Positions 20,308-27,796 of a DNA stretch of 64,000 nucleotides are shown in pieces. The stretch is taken from positions 57,454 to 121,453 of the forward strand of contig JANQQL010000047.1 of assembly GCA_028289345.1 (NCBI GenBank), given 5' to 3'. Each line of letters begins with the position of its first letter. Within the stretch, counting starts at the first letter, position 1. The notes under the pieces are model-generated. The model had not been told where the DNA came from and searched no databases. It worked only from the letters and a program-made list of their open reading frames with translations. Origin of the DNA: Planctomycetota bacterium. GTDB lineage: Bacteria > Planctomycetota > B15-G4 > SIAN01. A program made the translations under genes and the position numbers.

Positions 20308-20805
20308 TCACAACCCCGCGTCGGCCCACCCAGGACCAAGGACCTCACGAAGGTGGTGTTCCAGATGGCCTACGTAGTCGGCAAAGAAGTATTCCAAAGT
20401 CGTCGCCTGGCCTTCGGGAACCGGCTGCCACGCAATCTCATGGAGATTGTGACGAGGACGCGGTTTCGTGAGGACCTCATTGCTTGTCGCCCGCATGACC
20501 CGCACCAGGTGCAAGTTCAAACTGCGCCAAAGTTGGATCAGTTCTTTCCAGGGAGCCTCGCCGTAGCGCTGACCATCGACCCAATCGTTCTGGGCGTATC
20601 CCGCGAAGACTAGATCGTCCTGGAGCTGCGCCCGCACGAAACGTCCGTGGTTGACCGATGCGGAATCGATGAGATGGCCGAGAACCTCTCGAGGGCACCA
20701 TTTGCCAGGAGCTGGCCGTTCACCACTCGCCGACTCGGAAGTGCTCTTCAACAACGATGTGGCGCGCTCCACGTGGAACTGCAATCGATCCGCGACATCC
20801 ATCAT
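20308..20805 (-). CDS. DinB family protein
   Basis: PAPGKWCPREVLGHLIDSA...YAQNDWV...DYVGHLEHHL His triad. Confidence 0.88.
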   Translation of the reverse strand: MMDVADRLQFHVERATSLLKSTSESASGERPAPGKWCPREVLGHLIDSASVNHGRFVRAQLQDDLVFAGYAQNDWVDGQRYGEAPWKELIQLWRSLNLHLVRVMRATSNEVLTKPRPRHNLHEIAWQPVPEGQATTLEYFFADYVGHLEHHLREVLGPGWADAGL

Positions 20806-20841
20806 CGGTCCCCATTTTCCAGAGGGACTTGACGCATTGGG

Positions 20842-21300
20842 TCAGAGCCTCCGGTACTCCGTCTCGGTTGCCTTCGCCTCCTTGCCATCCGGCATCACAT
20901 TGAAGGCGGTAATGGTGAGGTGCTGATCGTCCAACAAATGGTAGTGCGTCCGCCAGCCCCAGGGAGGATCGGTGGGACTCACGTCATAGTGGCCGAACAC
21001 CGAGAACTCCTTCTCCTGGCCTTCTCCTTCGCTGACCAGGATCGCGTAATTCATGTGGAAGCTGTCGAGCCACGACACCTGAAATTTGTTGGTCACCGAG
21101 TTGAAGGCGATCCACTCCTCTCCATGGCGTGGCTTTCCTTGCATCGAGCCTTCGTAGGTGTGACGAAGGAATTTGCCGTCCAGGAGCGGGTCCATGCGGC
21201 CCTGGACCTCCGATTCGTCGGCCAGCTTGCCTGGCTCGAACCAGGTCCGACATTGCCCCTTCCAGGAGCCCTGCATTCCTTTGAAGATTTCGCCTGTCAT
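20842..21300 (-). CDS. DUF1579 family protein
   Basis: GSWKGQCRTWFEPG...LLDGKFL...SWLDSFHM...WGWRT; RBS GAGG. Confidence 0.8.
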   Translation of the reverse strand: MTGEIFKGMQGSWKGQCRTWFEPGKLADESEVQGRMDPLLDGKFLRHTYEGSMQGKPRHGEEWIAFNSVTNKFQVSWLDSFHMNYAILVSEGEGQEKEFSVFGHYDVSPTDPPWGWRTHYHLLDDQHLTITAFNVMPDGKEAKATETEYRRL

Positions 21301-21307
21301 GATCACC

Positions 21308-21604
21308 TCAACGTTGAGCGCCCTTGTAGTGATGAACGACGGTCTTGCGGAGGAAGGGACGTTCGGCGGGGAGAATCTTGGCCTCCTGCCAATCATCGCC
21401 ACAAAAGGAGCGCAGCGACTCCAGGTCTTTCCACACCGAAACCATGACGAACTCTTCGTCGGTGGGAGTCAATGGGCAACCGGCATCCGCACTCACGAGG
21501 CCCGGTTGCTGGCGGACCAACGGCAATGCTTCTTCGAGAAAGAACCGGGCAAACTCCTCGGCCTTCCCCTGATGAACTTTGGCACGAAACACACGAACGA
21601 TCAT
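21308..21604 (-). CDS. Antibiotic biosynthesis monooxygenase (ABM) family protein
   Basis: MIVRVFRAKVHQGKAEEF...QQPGLV...EFVMVSVWKDLESLRSFCG; RBS GAGGA. Confidence 0.8.
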   Translation of the reverse strand: MIVRVFRAKVHQGKAEEFARFFLEEALPLVRQQPGLVSADAGCPLTPTDEEFVMVSVWKDLESLRSFCGDDWQEAKILPAERPFLRKTVVHHYKGAQR

Positions 21605-21942
21605 GGTGTCCTCGAGTGGCTGGTCGTCTTTTCCCGGCGGCCGAAGCATCGGATCCCCGAGCCCGCATGATTCCGAAAATGACTTCGCCGGTGAGACAAG
21701 GCCGGCCAATCGAGGGTCAGGATTCGCCGGCAAGCGTCGACACTCAAAGCATCGAACGCGAAGCCACTTCTTTCCGCGGTCAGAAGGAGCGCATTCTCGC
21801 AGGGTGGCAGGAGACTTCCAGCCCGGAGTTTCTCAGGGGGTCAAGGACCAGCCCGGTGCACGAGTGGGCGCGGGCGAGGATGGCCACCGAACCCTGTTCC
21901 CGCCGAACTGCACGGCGCCCTCGAGCCGCCACCGCGACACCG

Positions 21943-24741
21943 TCACGATCCGACGGCCCGCTCGATTCGCTCGACCAGCTGCTGCAGGCGTGGGTCCCCC
22001 CCGAGCGCTTCCTGCAAGGGGCCACCGCGCTGCCACTGAAGGCTGTCGAGGGTCCAGCCAGGATCCTCGTCCGCCATCTCCTCGAGGATCATCAAGGCCT
22101 GGTCCAGGTCTCCGGCCACCGCGTGAGCCATCGACTCACAGACTTGCAGTCGGCCACGAAGCCTTTGTTTCAGGAACTCGGGAACGGCAAGCTCCTCCAG
22201 CATGCCGAGCCCGCGGTCCAGAAACTCCTCGGTGGGCGCCAGATCTCCGAGAGCGGCGGCTGACTCACAAGCAATCAGGCAATCGCTGAACTCTTCGAAA
22301 CTGCCCGGTTCCGCGGAATCGAGCGAGCGCTCCGACAAATCCCTCAGGGATTCCCAGTCTCCGAGGACTCGAGTCACCGCACGATCCAACTCGGTCACTG
22401 TTCGCGGGGCTTCGCCGAGCGCTTCTTGACGCAGTCGTTCTCCGACTTTCTCGTAGGTGTTGCCCGGCGAGGAATAGCTGTCCGCAAAGCTGGTCACTTG
22501 CCCCGACTCGCTTCGAGTGAAGAACACCCATCGTCCTTGTTCGCGATTGAGGAAGAGATCCTGGTCGACCGCTTCGAAGGAACGGTCCCAGATCTCAATC
22601 TGACCCGGCTCCACCGAAGTGACCTCGGTGAATCTCGAAGCCTCCCAACCCGCCCCCGGGGGACAGCCGTGACAGAAGAGGTTGCCGACATAGGTCCCGG
22701 TGTAGGCGGCAGTGTCGACCTCCAGACGCGGCCGGTCCACATCGATCGATGTCCTGCCCTCGGGAAACCAGTGGTTCATCAACGCACGAGTGACCGCCCA
22801 CGCAAGCCGCGGTCGAGGTCCCGTTTCTCCATCTCGGTTCATGAGCACCACGGCGCCCTTGCCTTGACCGGGCAGAAAGAAGAAGTCGCCCGAGTATCCC
22901 TGCATGGTTCCTCCATGCTGAAGGACTCGCTGACCGTTGTGCATTTCTTCCCAGAAGCCGAAAGAGAAGCCGGGGATTTCTGGATGAGCACGGAACTGTG
23001 AGGTGCGAAGCTGATTCGCCATCTCGCTCGAAAACAGTCGAGCGGTTCCACAGGACCCATCGCCGCTCAAAGCAACCAAAAGACGGGCCATGTCCGACGC
23101 CGTGGAGTCGATCGACGAGGCCGGCAAAGAAGCGTAGTACTCATATCCTTGTCGAACGTGGCGTCCCGCAGTGAAGCCGTAGCCGGTGGCGAGCTCGTCC
23201 CGCCGATCGTCGGGCACTTCCACGAATGAGCGGGACATGCCAAGAGGCTCGAAGACCAGCCGAGTCATCGCCACTCCGTAGTCCACATCCAGGCGCGCTT
23301 CCAGCAAGTACCCGAGCAGAGAAATCCCGTAGGTGTCGTAGCAACTTTCCCGTCCGGGAGGACGAACACGGCGCAGGTCCCGTTCCAGAAAATCTCCGAG
23401 CGAGACCCGCTGGGCCGGGTCATAGAACAACCGGTTGGTCCCCACCTGGTCGAATCCTGCCGTGTGGGTCATCAAGTGATCGATGGTGACCGGCGAGTCG
23501 AATCTTGTGTCGACATGGAACTGCTCGAGGTAGGTGTTCACATCGGCTTCCCGAGACAGGAGGCCTTGATCCACCGCCGCCAACACACCGATCGCGCTGA
23601 CCGCCTTCGAGATCGACCCAATGCGAAACAAGGTCTCTTCCGCATCCACCGGAGACTCGGTCTCCAGGTCCGCCACGCCATATCCTTGCAGGTACGCAAT
23701 TCGGCCTTCGTCCACCACGGCCACGGCAGACCCAGGAAGGGAATCATCCAGCATCTGTTGAGGAATGATCGACTCGAGTAGCTCTCGATACTCTTCGCCG
23801 TCCGGCGTCACCGGCTTGACGGTCTCCACTGCGGCTTCCTCGCTCGCCGCGCGCTTCATGAAGCCCAGCCGAGCGGGCGCCGCAAGCAACACGGGCGCTG
23901 GAGAACTGTCCGCGGAACTGGTGGCGACCGTCGGGCTTTTCGGTGGAGTGCGCGGTGGCAAGGCTCTGCGCACCACGAGGGGGGAAGCCTCCGAGGCAGA
24001 GCCGACGGCAGCGGACGGATTCGAAGCGAGGACGGAAGGAGCTTCGTCGAGGGACGGCAAGACCGCAGAGTCCGCCTCCTTCCTTCCGACCATGATGAAG
24101 AACCCGAGAGCGGCCACCGCGATCGCTCCTGCCAGAGCTTGGAAGGACCAATCTCGGCCCGCCACTCGTTCGGAAGACTTCGCAAGGGGAAGCGTTCCGG
24201 GGACACAGAACACTGCCAATCCCCGGCGAATCGCAGATGGCTCATGCTTGCGTTGAAGCTCCTCGCGCAGCATCTGCAGTCCACGACGCAACCGGGTTTT
24301 GACCGTTTGCAACGGGACCTCCAGACGCTGGGCCATCTGAGGAGGAGTCAGCCCTTCGTAGTAACGCAGGTAAACGCTCGTTCGATAGGGCTCCCGCAAT
24401 TCGCGCAGGGACTTCACGAGGTCTTGAACCAGCTCCATGCGAGCTTGGATCTCGGCCGGGTCGGTCGTCGACGAATCTCGAAGTCGCTGATCGTGGTAGG
24501 CCCGCTCCCGAAGGAGCCGCCGCTCGTCTCCCAGCTGCATGCTGCGAATCGCATTGCGAGCGACTTGCTTCAGCCAGGCCCCAAGGTTTCCTTGGGCCGG
24601 GGGGCTCCCCAACGCAGTGACCCAGGTCTGCTGCACCACGTCGTCGATCGGTGCTTCTCGAGAAATCAGGTCTCGGGCGATGCGACGCAGGCGATCCCGA
24701 TGGCGCAGCAGGTCCTCGGCAGTCAAGGCTTGTTCACTCAT
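21943..24741 (-). CDS. ECF sigma factor fused via a TM helix to a serine hydrolase (beta-lactamase/PBP-like) domain
   Basis: sigma2 (DDVVQQTW...AWLKQVARN) and sigma4 (LREPYRTSVYLRYYEGL...TVKTRLRRG); TM ALAGAIAVAALGFFIMV; FRIGSISK (SxxK), LMTHTAG, HGG. Confidence 0.88.
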   Translation of the reverse strand: MSEQALTAEDLLRHRDRLRRIARDLISREAPIDDVVQQTWVTALGSPPAQGNLGAWLKQVARNAIRSMQLGDERRLLRERAYHDQRLRDSSTTDPAEIQARMELVQDLVKSLRELREPYRTSVYLRYYEGLTPPQMAQRLEVPLQTVKTRLRRGLQMLREELQRKHEPSAIRRGLAVFCVPGTLPLAKSSERVAGRDWSFQALAGAIAVAALGFFIMVGRKEADSAVLPSLDEAPSVLASNPSAAVGSASEASPLVVRRALPPRTPPKSPTVATSSADSSPAPVLLAAPARLGFMKRAASEEAAVETVKPVTPDGEEYRELLESIIPQQMLDDSLPGSAVAVVDEGRIAYLQGYGVADLETESPVDAEETLFRIGSISKAVSAIGVLAAVDQGLLSREADVNTYLEQFHVDTRFDSPVTIDHLMTHTAGFDQVGTNRLFYDPAQRVSLGDFLERDLRRVRPPGRESCYDTYGISLLGYLLEARLDVDYGVAMTRLVFEPLGMSRSFVEVPDDRRDELATGYGFTAGRHVRQGYEYYASLPASSIDSTASDMARLLVALSGDGSCGTARLFSSEMANQLRTSQFRAHPEIPGFSFGFWEEMHNGQRVLQHGGTMQGYSGDFFFLPGQGKGAVVLMNRDGETGPRPRLAWAVTRALMNHWFPEGRTSIDVDRPRLEVDTAAYTGTYVGNLFCHGCPPGAGWEASRFTEVTSVEPGQIEIWDRSFEAVDQDLFLNREQGRWVFFTRSESGQVTSFADSYSSPGNTYEKVGERLRQEALGEAPRTVTELDRAVTRVLGDWESLRDLSERSLDSAEPGSFEEFSDCLIACESAAALGDLAPTEEFLDRGLGMLEELAVPEFLKQRLRGRLQVCESMAHAVAGDLDQALMILEEMADEDPGWTLDSLQWQRGGPLQEALGGDPRLQQLVERIERAVGS

Positions 24742-24902
24742 CCCGCTCTCACTTGGTTCCGGCAAAGGGTCGGGTGGAAAACACCCAACGGAAGCAGCGA
24801 TGGGCACCGACCACCCGTCTCCCCCCAGCAGGCCGGGTCCCGGTCGCTCCGCCTCATGAACCTCGCCGGGCGGGATTGGAGTTCAGGAATTCGAAGACTT
24901 TC

Positions 24903-25412
24903 TCAACGCCCGGGGAGACCGTCCGCCCGCATCCGCCACGGGGCCGGCTCCGCTGCTGCTTGGCGAATGAGGAGATTCAACTGAGCAACGTGATGCTGCA
25001 CGTGACGCAAGTTGTACAGCAACAACTCGGCGGCCTGCATCGTGCCCCAGTGAAGCTTGCATGGGCGCCGGGCCTCGGGATCCGATCCGATGGAAGCCAC
25101 TCGGCGCTGCAATGCAGCTCGAGAGACTTTCAACCATTGCACCAACTCCGCCTTCGAGTACGGACGCTCGGGAAACTGGTCGGGCTCCAACTCACCTTTG
25201 GTGAACGGCGGCGGCGGATCGTAGTCCAACGCCGACTCCGACAGGTAAAGATCGAGCCAGAACAAGGCATGAAAGGCGATGTACCACGGTTGTTTCCACT
25301 GCTCGCCATCGGTCCACAACCCGTCGGGACAAGCTTCGATCGCTCCTTGGAGAGAGTCGATCGCCGCCCCAAACTGCTGATGCACCGCATCCTGAAGGGG
25401 AGTCGTATTCAC
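24903..25412 (-). CDS. DinB family protein
   Basis: AIEACPDGLW...WYIAFHALFWLDLYLS...LYNLRHVQHHVAQL. Confidence 0.85.
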   Translation of the reverse strand: MNTTPLQDAVHQQFGAAIDSLQGAIEACPDGLWTDGEQWKQPWYIAFHALFWLDLYLSESALDYDPPPPFTKGELEPDQFPERPYSKAELVQWLKVSRAALQRRVASIGSDPEARRPCKLHWGTMQAAELLLYNLRHVQHHVAQLNLLIRQAAAEPAPWRMRADGLPGR

Positions 25413-25440
25413 CCGAAGGCCTTTCTCGGATCTTGTGACT

Positions 25441-26379
25441 TCAGCGGCTCAATAGATCCTGAAGAGCCGAAGACAACTCGGGGAACTGAAACTCGAACCC
25501 GGCCTCGGGAAGGCGGCGGGACACGCAGTAGCGGCCGTACAAGACAAGCTCGGGATCGGTCCGCAAGAACAACGGAGCGGCGATTCGCACCATCCAGGAG
25601 GCCGCCGGAAGTCCCACGGGCTGATGAACCACGCGGCGCAGCTTCGCCATGAATTCGCGGTGGGACACCGGTTTGGGAGCGGTGACCAAGTAGGCACCGT
25701 TCATGCGCTCGTCTTCGATCGCCTGGACGAAGAACTGATTCATGTCGGCTTCGTGAAGCCAGCTGATCCCCTGTCGACCGCTTCCGACTCGGCCCCCCAA
25801 TCCCCAACGCGCCAGCCGGGCCAGCTTTCCAAGAGCGCCCCCGCTTCTTCCGAGAACGAAACTGGTTCGGGCAATGACAGTGCGCACGCCATCGGGAACC
25901 GAATCGTGCATCGCTTGCTCCCACGCCTGACCGACTTGCGGCGCGAGACCGTATCCGAACGCGGAATCTTCCTCGCAAACCGCGTCTTCTCCCGGATCTC
26001 CGTAGTTATGCGCCGTGGACATCTGCACCCAGACAGGCGGAGGTTGGGCCGCGTTCTGCAATGCCTGCCCGAGAACTCGGGTCGACTCAACTCGGGAACG
26101 GAGGATCTGGTCGCAATGATCAGGGGTTTTGATGCAATCGACCGAACGGCCGGCCAGATTGACCACGGCTCGAGCGCCCTCGAGATGCTTCGCCCATTCC
26201 CCGAGTCGCCTCCCGTCCCAGGGCGACCACGTCCACGGTCCTTTCCGGGACGGCTCCTGCCGCGAGATGATCACGACCGAACGGCCGCGCTCCCCAAGAT
26301 GGACCGCGAGGTTCTGACCAAGAAAGCCGGATCCACCCGTGATCACGACTTTGTCGTCCGTTGGGGTGCCGTGGTTCAT
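25441..26379 (-). CDS. TIGR01777 family NAD-dependent epimerase (DUF1731)
   Basis: [42 protein letters not shown]-terminal [14 protein letters not shown]. Confidence 0.9.
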   Translation of the reverse strand: MNHGTPTDDKVVITGGSGFLGQNLAVHLGERGRSVVIISRQEPSRKGPWTWSPWDGRRLGEWAKHLEGARAVVNLAGRSVDCIKTPDHCDQILRSRVESTRVLGQALQNAAQPPPVWVQMSTAHNYGDPGEDAVCEEDSAFGYGLAPQVGQAWEQAMHDSVPDGVRTVIARTSFVLGRSGGALGKLARLARWGLGGRVGSGRQGISWLHEADMNQFFVQAIEDERMNGAYLVTAPKPVSHREFMAKLRRVVHQPVGLPAASWMVRIAAPLFLRTDPELVLYGRYCVSRRLPEAGFEFQFPELSSALQDLLSR

Positions 26380-26644
26380 GGCTCTCACTTTCGTGTTCGC
26401 GCACCACCGGTGGGGTCAGCCGGAAGACAGATTCTGCCGGCAATCGACCGAACTCGACAGTCTCTCCAAAAATGGGGCTGCAAAGCCTGTTCCCAACCCC
26501 CTCAACTCCCACGCTCCTTGGGGCCGAGCCGCACACCCTGTTTTTCGCAGAAACCATGCAGAATCTTCGGGCTTGGCGGGCTCTCCCGCATGGAGTCCGA
26601 CGCGGACTCGAGGACCATTTCTTTCACCGACCGGAGAGTCAGCA

Positions 26645-27796
26645 ATGTCAGGGCTTTGCTTGGGCATCTTCCTTTCGAGCGTGCTTGTCGCAGTGACACA
26701 AGCCCCCCCTTCCGAGGGCGGAGTCCTTCTCGCCGTCCATGAAGAAGCTTCTCTCGAGCTTCAAGCATTCTGGGATCCCTGCAAAGAGTCCAAATACGGC
26801 CTCTTCGAGCGCACCAAAGCAATCGCCTCGATTCAACCGGTTCACGAGACGAACTTGTACTTGGCTTCTTCGTTCCAAGCATTTCTTCCCGAGCACCGGG
26901 TCGAGGTCGGCCAAGTTTGGAAAGTGAAAGAGGAGGCCGTGTTGCCGTTCTTGCGACAACTGCATCCGGGTGCGACTGCCCATCTCCATCACGGCAGCCC
27001 GGGCAGCACCGGCGCTCGAGCCTGCTTGCGAGCGATCAACGCCACCAAAGCCGAGGTTCTGATTCGCGCCCATGCGGAGTTTCGGATCGAAGACGAGATC
27101 TTCTTCACCCCGGCGCAGTTCGAAGGACGTCTGGTCCTCGATCAGGAAACGGGCATGGTCGATTCGTTTCGACTCTTCTTGCCCAGTCGAAACACCAACG
27201 TCGACATCAACGTGGGTTCCGTGGATTCTTCGGGGCCCTTCCCTGAGTCTCGTTCCTACGAGGCAGACATTGGATGGGTGCCGCGGCTGGAAGTGACCAG
27301 CGGTCCGAGTCTTCCCCCACACTGGGTCGACTCCATCTCGCTCGAGAAAGCGAGGAGCCGTCTCCGGGCCCCGTTCTATGCATTCGCCAAGATCGACTGG
27401 ATGCCGTTCGAAAGCGCGGTCCAAGAATCCATCGACCTCGGCCTACCGCTCCACTTGATCATCCTGTTCGGCTGCCTCGACGACGAATCCTGCTGAGGCA
27501 GCGGCAAGACACTGAGGGCGGGTCCGCTCTCGAACCCCAGGATCATCAAGACACTGAATGAAGACTTCATCAACACATGGATCCTCGCCAAGGACTTGGA
27601 GCACCTCGCGGAACACTCTCCCGACGAAGCCATTCGTGAACGGGCCGCCCATTGCGGCAAGCGCTACAAGTACCCGGTCGACAGTCAGATTCTGGCTCCG
27701 AACGGCGATCTCCTGAGCCAGGTAGGAGCGAACGAGATCATGGGACTGGATCTGGGGAATCGCTATTGGCGGTTCCTGGAGAGTGCCTACGAGTGA
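26645..27796 (+). CDS. selN: Selenoprotein N (SELENON)-like secreted protein; in-frame TGA (Sec) at 27494-27496
   Basis: ORFs 26339-27496 and 27596-27796 share a frame; readthrough LHLIILFGCLDDESC-U-GSGKTLR...LNEDFINTW...YKYPV...PNG matches my recollection of animal SelN ([22 protein letters not shown]...LNESFISTW); upstream HAEF, PAQFEG, FRLFLP, NVD and DIGWVP also match; signal peptide; 383 aa, U284. Confidence 0.9.
27514..27531 (+). promoter_or_regulatory. Bacterial SECIS-like hairpin with GGUC loop
   Basis: GAGGGCG-GGTC-CGCTCTC, 7-bp stem (one G-U); loop begins 25 nt after the TGA; GGUC is also the loop of the E. coli fdhF SECIS. Confidence 0.78.

Noticed and set aside
27505-27557. 11-bp direct repeat CAAGACACTGA just after the selN TGA
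   Set aside because: It encodes KTL twice in frame; only two copies, no sign of an insertion or target-site duplication
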